Source: Candidatus Saccharimonadota bacterium
GTDB lineage: Bacteria > Patescibacteriota > Gracilibacteria > BD1-5 > UBA2023
NCBI GenBank assembly: GCA_963706795.1
Contig: OY970170.1
Coordinates: 570,001 to 602,000, forward strand
DNA: 32,000 bases
Reading direction: 5' to 3'
The position numbers and the translations under genes are program-made. This document shows positions 21,435 through 30,083 of this stretch, in pieces. Within the stretch, counting starts at the first letter, position 1. The number at the start of each line of letters is the position of its first letter. The notes under the pieces are model-generated. The model was given only the letters and a program-made list of their open reading frames with translations. It searched no databases and was not told the DNA's origin.

Positions 21435-21572
21435 GCGCACAAAAAAAGGAGATAAATGCGCGCTATTTCTCCGAGAATACACACGATTTTGTGTCTGTAA
21501 AGGCAAAAGCACATGCACAAATTTGCGACAGCCCTCGCTTCGTGGTAGCATAAAGGAAACGTAACCTTCGAT

Positions 21573-24497
21573 ATGTTCTTCGAACTCATTGCTACTGCCC
21601 ATGCGGCAGGTATTGCTGGTGCAGGAAAAACTGCCGGTAATGCTCCCCAAAAAACTACACAAGCTACTGCATCAGGTGGTACCGACTTTGTGGATATTCT
21701 CATGAATGTCCTTTCGGTGATCTTTAATGTCGTCTTGCTCCTCATTCTTTTGTTTCTCCTGCTCAAGCTGATACGCGTGATGTATGAGATCTACAATGCT
21801 CGACGCCTTGTCTATATGCGCGTCACACTTCCACGTGCGGACTCCAAGCTCGACAAAGAGAAGGAAACCAAAAAAGACTTCAAAGAAAAGATGGGAATCA
21901 TGTCCATTTTTTATAAGTCGATCCACAAAGTTTCAAATATCACTTTTTGGGATTCACTCAAGGATTTTATATTTGATCATGCGAAAGTTTCGCTCGAGCT
22001 TATCTATTCGGATGGTCAGCTTTCGTTTTATATCGTGACTTATCGCGATTACGCGAGCCTGATTACACAGCAGATTACTTCTAACTATCCGGATGCGGAG
22101 GTATGTATTATTAAGGCTTCGCAATTTCCTGATATCAAGCCTGCGGGCTTCACGCTCCGAGCAGCTTCGATTGGAAAAGTAAATGATGATATTTTCCCGC
22201 TTAAGACCTACAAATATTTTGAAGACGATCCACTCTCGACGCTTACTAACAATTTTGGTTCGCTTAAAAAGACGGACAAGGCAGCATTCCAAATTGTTGT
22301 AAAACCGCGTGGTTCTTCTTGGAATAAAAAAGCCAAAAATGCTGCCGGAATGGTAGCAAAAGGACAATACAAGAAGGGCTCCAAGGACAGTTTTGTATGG
22401 GAGGCGATCAAGATGCTTTTTGCACCGATCGTTTGGATATTTGATATGTTCACGAATACGCCAGGCGATGGTTCGACTGCGGCTCCAGGTGCGGCTTCTG
22501 GTGACTCGTACAAGATCTTTAATCAGGCAGAACAAGAATCCCACAAGGCTGTCGGTGAATCCGCAGGTCAGCCAGGATATCAGGCTTCGCTGCGACTTCT
22601 GGTCTCGTCCGATGACTCGATGAGTGCAAAAAATGCGCTCGAAAGTCTCGTCGGCGCTATGTCGATGTTTACTGACGAATACAACAACAAGCTCGATAAT
22701 CCTCAGATCGAAGACGCACTGGCATTCTTTTTTGCTCCGATCCGCTACTTTGCGTATAGATTCCGAATGATTGGGTTTTTGCAGGCAAAGAGCGTGTTTT
22801 CGGTTGATGAACTTTCGACGATTTACCACTTTCCAGACATTAACTACAACAAGTCGCCGATCCTGAAGTGGCTCGAATACAAGATGATCGCTCCACCACA
22901 CAATCTCAAAGTACTCAAAGATAAGCTCGTTCTCTCAGATTACCGACGCGATGCAACTGGAAATGTCCTCACCGAAGATCCTACCGTTGTCCTTGCTGTA
23001 GACGAAAACAAGATTTTAAAACGCGATGAAGGTCGCAATTTTGTGAGTACCACCGGCGAGATTGTGCCAATCCATCAGGATGGTCCTGATAAGGGGAAGG
23101 CGATTGATCCGACTAAAAATCCAATTGCCGAAGAAAAGCATCGTCATCTCGGTGGCTTCCCACTCTATACCGATGGAGTGCTCATGGGATGGAATGAATA
23201 CCGCAATACCAAAACTCCGATTTATTTCTCTCGTAAGGACCGAGGACGTCACCATTACGTCATTGGTAAATCAGGAGGAGGTAAGTCAGTATTCCTCTCA
23301 TACCTTGCTCGCCAGGATCTCTGGAATGGCGATGGACTCTGTGTGATTGATCCGCATGGCGATCTCGTAGAAGATATCATTGCGTATGCTCCAAAAGAGC
23401 GTGCCAAGGATATCATCATCTTTAATCCTGCCGACTACGAGCGCCCAATGGGACTTAATATGCTCGAGGTTATCTCGACGGATCCTGCCCTCCGTGCTGT
23501 CGAAAAAGACCGTGCCGCCCTCGATGCGACATCGATATTCATCAAGATCTTTAATGAAGAAGTCTTCGGACCACGAATCCAGCACTATTTCCGAAATGGA
23601 TGTCTCACTCTCATGGATGACGAAGACGAAGGAGGAACACTCATCGACGTACCACGTCTCTTTGTCGATGATGCCTTTATGAAATACAAAGTCTCCAAGG
23701 TTAAAAATCCAGTCGTAAAGGCCTTCTGGGAACATGAATACGCCAATACAGGAGATCGTGAAAAACAAGAAATGATCCCGTATTTTAGCTCGAAGTTCGG
23801 ACCATTCATTACAAATACAACCATCCGTAATATTATCGGTCAGCCAAAGTCGGCCTTTAATCTCAGATCCGTAATGGATGACCGTAAAGTGCTCATGGTC
23901 AATCTCTCAAAGGGTATGATCGGTGATCTCAACGCTCAGCTTCTCGGTCTGATCTTTGTCTCAAAGATCAATATGGCAGCGATGTCTCGTGCCGATATTC
24001 CAGAGGATCAGCGAAAGGATTTCTTCCTCTATGTCGACGAATTCCAGAACTTCGCGACCGATACTTTCGGCGAAATCCTCTCCGAAGCCCGCAAGTACCA
24101 CCTCGCCCTCATCATGGCGCACCAGTACATCGCACAGATTGGCTCAGCGAAGGGTAAATCCGACAAGCCATCGATCAAAGATGCTGTATTCGGGAATGCC
24201 GGAACTATCATGAGTTTTAAGGTGGGTGCCGAAGATGCCGAATACCTCGAAAAGGAATATGCTCCACTGCTCTCACAGCAGGACATTATTGGTATCGCCA
24301 ATTACACAACCTACTGCAAACTCAATATCGACAATGCGACGACTCGTCCATTCGATATGAAGACCATCTGGGATAACAGTTACAAAAACCCAGAAGTTGC
24401 CAAGATCATCAAAGAATATTCTCGAAAAATGTATGGGCGCAAAAAGGAATACGTCGACATGGAGATCGAGGCACGTCTTGGAATTATGCCGAGTTAA
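21573..24497 (+). CDS. Membrane-anchored VirB4/VirD4-like P-loop ATPase, paralog B.
   Basis: The 974-aa ORF is intact and has no in-frame TGA. It has a TM helix (VLSVIFNVVLLLILLFLLLKLI), Walker A GKSGGGKSV, CVIDPHGDL, FFLYVDEFQNF and ARKYHLALIMAHQY. It shares with paralog A the N-terminal block (Y/F)(M/L)RVxLPRxDSxxDxxKETxKDFKE and the FSV(D/E)ExxxxxHFP block. Confidence 0.85.
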   Translation: MFFELIATAHAAGIAGAGKTAGNAPQKTTQATASGGTDFVDILMNVLSVIFNVVLLLILLFLLLKLIRVMYEIYNARRLVYMRVTLPRADSKLDKEKETKKDFKEKMGIMSIFYKSIHKVSNITFWDSLKDFIFDHAKVSLELIYSDGQLSFYIVTYRDYASLITQQITSNYPDAEVCIIKASQFPDIKPAGFTLRAASIGKVNDDIFPLKTYKYFEDDPLSTLTNNFGSLKKTDKAAFQIVVKPRGSSWNKKAKNAAGMVAKGQYKKGSKDSFVWEAIKMLFAPIVWIFDMFTNTPGDGSTAAPGAASGDSYKIFNQAEQESHKAVGESAGQPGYQASLRLLVSSDDSMSAKNALESLVGAMSMFTDEYNNKLDNPQIEDALAFFFAPIRYFAYRFRMIGFLQAKSVFSVDELSTIYHFPDINYNKSPILKWLEYKMIAPPHNLKVLKDKLVLSDYRRDATGNVLTEDPTVVLAVDENKILKRDEGRNFVSTTGEIVPIHQDGPDKGKAIDPTKNPIAEEKHRHLGGFPLYTDGVLMGWNEYRNTKTPIYFSRKDRGRHHYVIGKSGGGKSVFLSYLARQDLWNGDGLCVIDPHGDLVEDIIAYAPKERAKDIIIFNPADYERPMGLNMLEVISTDPALRAVEKDRAALDATSIFIKIFNEEVFGPRIQHYFRNGCLTLMDDEDEGGTLIDVPRLFVDDAFMKYKVSKVKNPVVKAFWEHEYANTGDREKQEMIPYFSSKFGPFITNTTIRNIIGQPKSAFNLRSVMDDRKVLMVNLSKGMIGDLNAQLLGLIFVSKINMAAMSRADIPEDQRKDFFLYVDEFQNFATDTFGEILSEARKYHLALIMAHQYIAQIGSAKGKSDKPSIKDAVFGNAGTIMSFKVGAEDAEYLEKEYAPLLSQQDIIGIANYTTYCKLNIDNATTRPFDMKTIWDNSYKNPEVAKIIKEYSRKMYGRKKEYVDMEIEARLGIMPS

Positions 24498-24526
24498 TAC
24501 GGATTAATGCTATGTTGCCATTTATG

Positions 24527-24562
24527 AATCCCGCGCTACAATGTGCGGGATTTTCTTTTTTC
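24527..24562 (+). terminator. Intrinsic terminator or attenuator between the ATPase and the pilin-like gene.
   Basis: Stem AATCCCGC / GCGGGATT has a 10-nt loop and is followed by TTTTCTTTTTT. It ends 6 nt before ATG 24568. Confidence 0.6.
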
Positions 24563-24567
24563 TTCTC

Positions 24568-25581
24568 ATGAATCGCCTCCTTTCTCGAGTACTTGCGACG
24601 TTGATGCTGACTTTTGCATTTGGTGGAATAGCTTTGCCAGTCTTTGCGGACACGGTATTTACACCGACGAGCAGTCGTGAAGAGCTCGACTTCCAAAATG
24701 GTCGCCGAGAATGAAATGCCCGCGAGAGCTATGCGGATACTGATTTTATATCCTCGATTGAATGATCTTTTGGATCTACTTTTGGAAATACATTCTCATA
24801 TTTTAGAGCGAGTAGCACTGGAGAGCGAGGCGCATATGCACTGTTTATAAATATCGCAAGGGATGCTAAAAACCTCTTTGTATTTGTCGCGATTCTTTAT
24901 TTGGTTATCTCAGTCCTCCGCATGCTGTTTTCGGGTGGATCGGACGAAGACATCAAAAAATGGCGCAATACGATACTTTGGACGACGATCGGTATCATCG
25001 TCATGCAGGCAGCCTTTGTCTTTGTAGATACGCTCTATAACAAGAATGTAAACGGATTTACGTCGATGCTCTTCCTCGACAAAATGGTCTATCCATTTGT
25101 CCATTTACTCGAGATATTGGCATCATTTGGATTTCTCGCAATGGCGTTCTTTGCATTCTTCCGCATTGTTACAGCTGGAGGTGACGAAGAAATGGTCAAA
25201 AAAGGAAAACAAACCATCATTTCTGCGCTCATTGGATTTATTATTATGAAGCTCCCTGCGGTCCTCGTTAAGAGCATCTACGGAGAAGCAAAGTGTGATG
25301 CACCACTGCTCTTTAGCATCTGTCGTATTAAAGATCCAAATCTCTCAGGCGCGATCAGCGTGATGACGAGTATCATAAATTACATTAATGGATTTCTCGC
25401 GATTGTTATCGTTGTGCTCGTCCTCTATGCAGGATGGCTCGTCCTCAGCTCTGGCGGCGACGATGAGAAAATTAAACAAGCAAAAAAGATCCTTCTCTAT
25501 ATCGTTATTGGAGTTGTGCTCTTGGTGTCGAGCTATATTTTGTTTAACTTCTTTGTACTGAAAGACGTGTCTGCCAGTTAG
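24568..25581 (+). CDS. Secreted or membrane protein with three tandem VirB2/TrbC-like T4SS pilin hairpins.
   Basis: ATG 24568 joins ORF 24901..25581 through two TGA codons. It has a signal peptide (MNRLLSRVLATLMLTFAFGGIALPVFA). A TM, polar loop, TM unit occurs three times: LFSGGSDEDIKKWRNTILWTTIGIIVM, IVTAGGDEEMVKKGKQTIISALIGFIIM and VLSSGGDDEKIKQAKKILLYIVIGVVLL. Confidence 0.7.
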
Positions 25582-25594
25582 ATTCACCAAAAAT

Positions 25595-25625
25595 AAAAGA
25601 CCTCGCTGTGAGGTCTTTTATTTTG
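25595..25625 (+). terminator. Intrinsic terminator.
   Basis: Stem AAAAGACCTC / GAGGTCTTTT has a 5-nt loop and a T-rich tail. Confidence 0.7.
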
Positions 25626-25718
25626 TCTCAAAAAATTAAGAAATAATTAACTATTAAATCTATAGTGAGAACAGTGATCGTTGTATCACCAAATGCAGTG
25701 ACGATTTTTTTTTGAAGG

Positions 25719-26105
25719 GTGAAGAAGATGGGAACGCCGAAGCGAAAAAAGGTAGTAATACTGGATGACGGACCACCTGAAAGAGGGATTCTTGCCTTTC
25801 AGATGACACTCTTATCGAGTATGCTTGAAATCAAGCAATATACATCTCCACGTACGTGTATGGATGGACTTACTGGAGAAGAAAGTCTTTGTATCTTGGA
25901 TGTCAGTATTGCAGGGCTCAAGGTTGCCTTTGAGCTCTGCAAGGAAATAAAACAAAAATTTCCAAATCTGCCCGTATTCTTTCTCTCGGGTGATGCCAGT
26001 CAGGAATCCCAAAACCAAAGCCAAGAAGTCGGCGCCGAGGCATATATTATCAAACCAGTTACATCTCATGTCTTAGGCAAAAAGATGCAATCTTGTTTGG
26101 GATAA
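25719..26105 (+). CDS. Stand-alone receiver (CheY-like) domain protein.
   Basis: It reads KVVILDDG...LCILDVSIAGL...PVFFLSGDAS...GAEAYIIKP, which gives the DD, D, S and K receiver signature. The start is GTG 25719 or ATG 25728. Confidence 0.7.
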   Translation: MKKMGTPKRKKVVILDDGPPERGILAFQMTLLSSMLEIKQYTSPRTCMDGLTGEESLCILDVSIAGLKVAFELCKEIKQKFPNLPVFFLSGDASQESQNQSQEVGAEAYIIKPVTSHVLGKKMQSCLG

Positions 26106-26112
26106 TGTTCTC

Positions 26113-26141
26113 AAAAAACCCAGTGTAATACTGGGTTTTTT
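26113..26141 (+). terminator. Intrinsic terminator after the receiver gene.
   Basis: An A6 run, then CCCAG-TGTAATA-CTGGG, then a T6 run. Confidence 0.6.
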
Positions 26142-26151
26142 CATGACTGTA

Positions 26152-26196
26152 TTAAAAAAATCCCCTCCTTCGCTCTTGCGAGCTTGGGAGGGGATT
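26152..26196 (-). terminator. Intrinsic terminator of rpmE.
   Basis: Stem ATCCCCTCC / GGAGGGGAT encloses an inner CGC-TCTT-GCG hairpin. A T-run follows on the minus strand. Confidence 0.65.
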
Positions 26197-26211
26197 TTGA
26201 GATCGGGGAGA

Positions 26212-26427
26212 TTATTTTCCGAGACCTGCAGTCTTTTGCTGACGAGCGTAGAACTTGTCGACACTTGATGTCTTGAGAATACGCTTCTCACCAGTATAGA
26301 ACGGGTGACACTTCATGCAGCTTTCCACCTTGATGTCATCCTTGAGGGTAGACTTGGTGTCGAATGTGTTTCCACATGAGCAGATTACTTTAACGTCGTG
26401 AAACGCTGGGTGAATTGCTTTTTTCAT
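26212..26427 (-). CDS. rpmE: 50S ribosomal protein L31, Cys-containing (zinc-ribbon, C+) form.
   Basis: It reads MKKAIHPAFHDVKVICSCGNTFDTKST...CMKCHPFYTG. Confidence 0.9.
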   Translation of the reverse strand: MKKAIHPAFHDVKVICSCGNTFDTKSTLKDDIKVESCMKCHPFYTGEKRILKTSSVDKFYARQQKTAGLGK

Positions 26428-26543
26428 AAAAAGGGTGTTTGCCGCGCTTCGCTTAATACGATAACGCCGGTATAAAAAAAGATTTCAGAAGAGAAATCGT
26501 TTGAATCTGGAATGTGTTCCCAACTCTCACGAGTTATCTTCTC

Positions 26544-26627
26544 TGGTGCCCGAAGAGAGACTTGAACTCTCACACCTTGCGGCAACGGCTTCTAAGACCG
26601 TCGTGTCTACCATTCCACCATCCGGGC
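26544..26627 (-). tRNA. tRNA-Leu (anticodon UAG), class II with a long variable arm and encoded CCA.
   Basis: Hand fold of the minus strand gives acceptor GCCCGGA/TTCGGGC, anticodon stem ACGGT/GCCGT with loop CTTAGAA, and T arm GAGAG-TTCAAGT-CTCTC. Confidence 0.85.
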
Positions 26628-26745
26628 GGAAACTTTCGATCTTTAGGGTGTACTTTTATTTTGCCCGTCCTTCGCTAAAGCTTCGGAGGGCATTTTTCGC
26701 TTAAACTTAATGGCGTGCTGTTTGGAGCTCCGAAGGAGCGAAAAA

Positions 26746-26830
26746 TGGTGGGCCGGGTAGGGATCGAACCTACGAAGGCGAAGCCAAAGGATTTACAGTC
26801 CTCCCCATTTGACCACTCTGGAACCGACCC
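26746..26830 (-). tRNA. tRNA-Tyr (anticodon GUA), long variable arm and encoded CCA.
   Basis: Acceptor GGGTCGG/CCGGCCC, anticodon loop CTGTAAA, variable hairpin GGC-TTC-GCC, and T arm GTAGG-TTCGATC-CCTAC. Confidence 0.85.
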
Positions 26831-26838
26831 GAAAAAAA

Positions 26839-26914
26839 TGGAGCCACCAGTCGGAATTGAACCGACGACCCACGGTTTACAAAACCGTTGCTCTACCAAC
26901 TGAGCTATGGTGGC
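26839..26914 (-). tRNA. tRNA-Thr (anticodon UGU), encoded CCA.
   Basis: Acceptor GCCACCA/TGGTGGC, D arm GCTC/GAGC, anticodon stem ACGGT/ACCGT with loop TTTGTAA, and T arm GTCGG-TTCAATT-CCGAC. Confidence 0.9.
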
Positions 26915-26995
26915 GAAAAAAGTGGCTACATAGTATAAAAAAGGAGTGGTGTGTCAAAGCAAAATAACTACAATGTGATCTTCTTCTTTTTTATT

Positions 26996-27457
26996 ATGCG
27001 CGTTATCGCAGTCTCAGACTCATTTTCTCATTTCGACAAGGCGATCAGCGAATACAAAAAACGCCTTTGAGAGAGCGTTCAAATCGTCATTATCAAGCCC
27101 GAAAAACTCGCAGAATCCCAAATTATTCCTAAGCGTGAGACTGAGCGAATTGTGGAATATCTTCGCAAAGAAAAACTCAAAATTGTCCTGCTCGACGAAT
27201 TTGGTAAAAAATTGTCCACCATGGAATTTGCAGGCACGCTCCGTACAAAACTCGATCGCGCAGAGGATGTAACCTTTGTGATTGGAGGGGCATTCTGAGT
27301 CGATAGGGAGATGATTGCTCCGTACATCGATACAAAATTTTCACTCAGTGATCTCACTCTTCCGCATTCTCTCGCGCTACTGATGGTGCTTGAACAAATA
27401 TATCGCGTTAAAGAGATATGGAAGGGTTCGAAGTACCATCATGGAGCCGCGTTCTAA
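26996..27457 (+). CDS. rlmH: 23S rRNA (pseudouridine1915-N3)-methyltransferase RlmH (SPOUT).
   Basis: It reads VLLDEFGKKLSTMEFA...VTFVIGGAF-G-V...LSDLTLPHSLALLMVLEQIYRV...KYHH. TGA 27068 and 27296 are read as Gly. Confidence 0.85.
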
Positions 27458-27473
27458 CTGAACTCCAGTTCCC

Positions 27474-27559
27474 GTCATTGCGAGGTACGAAGCAATCCAG
27501 AATAGATCAATTCAATAGATACTCACCTTCCTGGATTGCCGCGCTTCGCTCGCAATGAC
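27474..27559. repeat. 86-nt imperfect inverted repeat (long hairpin).
   Basis: GTCATTGCGAG..CGAA..GCAATCCAG pairs with CTGGATTGC..TTCG..CTCGCAATGAC in helices of 11, 4 and 9 bp around a 30-nt loop. It begins 17 nt after the rlmH stop. Confidence 0.6.
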
Positions 27560-27581
27560 AAAAGATACCTCTTGACAGCTG

Positions 27582-27590
27582 TGGTATACT
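27582..27590 (+). promoter_or_regulatory. Extended -10 element TGgTATACT.
   Basis: It has the same TGnTATACT form as at 4111 and lies 24 nt upstream of ATG 27614. Confidence 0.3.
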
Positions 27591-27613
27591 CCCAGAAATC
27601 CTTACTTATTGCA

Positions 27614-28834
27614 ATGTCCAAACACATAATTCCCGTTACGGTTCTCTCAGGCTTTTTGTGAGCAGGTAAGACAACTCTGCTTACGCATATTCTCCATAAT
27701 CGCGATGGATATAAGGTGGCACTCATCGTGAACGATATGAGTGAAATCAATATCGATGCAAAGATGGTCAAAAATGATATTGAGCTTTCTCGTACAGAGG
27801 AAACTCTCGTCGAAATGACAAATGGATGCATTTGCTGCACGCTTCGATGAGATCTTTTAAATGAGGTAAAGCGCATCACACAAAATGGTGAATATGATGC
27901 CATTATCATCGAATCTACCGGTATTGCCGAGCCTGTTCCTATCGCTCAAACATTTAGCTATGTAGACGAAGAAACCGGCATTGATCTCTCACAATACGCA
28001 CGACTTGATACTATGGTGACAGTTGTGGATGCTCTTAATTTTTTGGAGGATTTCTCAAGTGAGCAAAATCTCGAAGATCGTGGACTCAGTGCTACAGAAG
28101 ACGACCACCGAAATATTGTCGATCTGCTGGTTGAACAGATTGAATTTTGTGATGTTCTCGTTGTTAACAAAATCGATTCGCTCGACGAAGATCAAAAAAC
28201 AATCCTCAGAAAGATTCTCAAATGACTCCAGCCGACTGCGAAATATATCGAAACGAACCATGGCCGTGTCGAATTCACTGACATCGTTGATACCGGACTC
28301 TTCGACTTCGAAAAAGCAGAATCCAGCCCGCTCTGGCGTAAAGAACTCGAAGAAGGTGGTCATCATACTCATGCTCCAGAATCAGAATCCTATGGCATCA
28401 CTTCATTTGTATACCGTCGTAACAAGCCGTTCCATCCAGAACGATTTTTAGAAGTTGCCAATGGCGATTGGCCTGGAGTAATCCGCTCAAAGGGTGTATT
28501 CTGGCTTGCTTCTCGCAATGATATTGCTGGAAGTTGGGGGCAGGCAGGTTGATCAGTTCGAGTGGATCCTGCTGGCCGCTGGGCAGCAAGTTTCACACAC
28601 GAAGAACTCGAATGATATCCTGATATCATTGCTGAACTCGAGGATTTTGCAGCTGAGCCTTACGGAGATCGACGCCAAGAACTCGTTGTTATCTCGATCA
28701 ACGAAAATAAAACATATATGGAACAACTCCTCGATAGTGCGCTCCTTACTGACGAGGAATTCGCCCAAGGACCCGAAGTATGGGCAACCTACCAAGATAA
28801 TTGGCCAGAATGGCTCAGAGAAGAGAATGAGTAA
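27614..28834 (+). CDS. COG0523 (CobW/YjiA/ZigA-type) metal-chaperone GTPase.
   Basis: It has P-loop GFL-G-AGKTT, metal motif [15 protein letters not shown] and the His-rich stretch GGHHTHAPE. Five in-frame TGA codons are read as Gly. Confidence 0.85.
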
Positions 28835-28867
28835 AAATACAACCATCTGACCCCGTAAATCTCACTT

Positions 28868-29836
28868 ATGAAACCACCTATTTCGATCACTATTCTTACC
28901 GGCTTTCTCTGAGCTGGTAAGACCACACTCCTCAATCACATAGTCCGAAATGCCAATGGCCGTAAACTCGCCATCGTCGAGAATGAATTTGGCGAAGAAG
29001 GCGTCGACGGCGATCTCATCGAGCGCTCAGACGAGGAAGTAGTCGAGATCAATAATGGTTGTATCTGCTGTGTCGTCCGCAAGGATTTTATTTCGGCGAT
29101 TGACCGACTTCTTAATTCAGGTCGCCAGATTGACCATATTATCATTGAGGCTTCTGGAATGTCTGAGCCACTTCCTATTGCACAGAGTTTTCTCATGCAG
29201 GATATGGAAGGTCGCGTAAAGCTGGATTCGATTATCTGTCTCATTGATGCTGAGAATTTTGAGGCGAAAGTGCTCACTGATATCAAAACTACGCTCGAAC
29301 AGATCGAATTTGCAGATTTCGTCGTCATCAACAAGGCCGACCTCGCCGAACCAAGCCGTATCGAAGAAATCAAAGAAATTATCCGCCGCGTCAATTACTA
29401 TGCAACCATTGTTGAAGCGGTAAAAGGGGAGGTCGATATGCGGTATCTGCTCGATTCTGGTAGATTTGAACTCACTGACGAGATCGAAGAAGAGCTCAAA
29501 ATACAGGGGACACAGGGGCATACACATAATTCGGATATCACGCAATTTCTCTATAAGTCTGAGAAGCCATTCATCGCTGACGAGCTCAAGTGATTTATTG
29601 ATTCACTCGATAATGACGTATTTCGCGCGAAGGGTTTTGTGCAGATTGCGGGTCATGGGCGATTTATTCTCCAACGTACTGGTGCACGCATGACGATGGT
29701 GCCTGACACCAAAGAAGACCGAAAAGATGGCAATATGAGTAAGCTCGTCTTCATCTGAAAAAATATGGATGAAATGGCCATGCGTAAAGCCCTCGATGAG
29801 GCCACCGATGCACCAAATGTGATGTTTGCGAAGTAA
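28868..29836 (+). CDS. Second COG0523-family GTPase.
   Basis: It has GFL-G-AGKTT, GCICCVVR, INKAD, GTQGHTHNSD and LVFI-G-KNMD. Three in-frame TGA codons are read as Gly. Confidence 0.85.
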
Positions 29837-29852
29837 TGATTAAAAGGTCTTT

Positions 29853-30008
29853 AGAAAGAGGGGATATTTGATTTCTGGAGTGCAGCGAGGACTGTGCGAG
29901 CAAAGGCTCAAGAGTCAGTTCATTCACTAAACACACCCAAACAAGCTCTCCATAACGAAAGGTCCGCGAGTTCCACAGCAAACGAAGAAACAAGTATTCC
30001 CTCTTTCT
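29853..30008. other. 156-nt element closed by a long helix: a candidate structured RNA or a small inverted-repeat element.
   Basis: AGAAAGAGGGGATA (29853-29866) pairs with TATTCCCTCTTTCT (29995-30008), 13 Watson-Crick pairs plus one G-U. The helix is extended by TTGATTTCT / AGAAACAA. Internal hairpins include GAGC-AAAG-GCTC. Confidence 0.45.
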
Positions 30009-30083
30009 ACGAAGGAAGTCTCATAGATAAAGAGAATATCCCATCCCATTTGCCAAATCCTCGCTTTCTATAAAATACCCCTC

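Noticed and set aside
21954-22901. 315-aa ORF on the minus strand inside ATPase paralog B.
   Set aside because: The situation is the same: it is antisense to a 974-aa CDS that is collinear with its paralog. The product is Arg- and Lys-rich with low complexity and no recognisable domain.
26628-26745. Possible hidden tRNA, for example the expected tRNA-Gly(UCA), in the 118-nt spacer between tRNA-Tyr and tRNA-Leu.
   Set aside because: It contains only two simple hairpins (GCTCC-TTC-GGAGC and a GCCCTCC..GGACGGGC stem). It has no T-loop, no D-arm and no acceptor pairing. No UCA-anticodon tRNA is visible anywhere in this window.
27572-27577. TTGACA as the -35 box for the TATACT at 27585-27590.
   Set aside because: The spacer is only 7 nt, which is incompatible with sigma-70 geometry. 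The TGn extended -10 is the more plausible element.
29836-29955. 39-codon ORF (MIKRSLERGDIGFLECSEDC...) starting at a TAATG overlap with the second COG0523 gene.
   Set aside because: It is short, has no recognisable features, and coincides with the 5' half of the long-helix element. The base-pairing explains the sequence better than coding does. I keep it only as an alternative.
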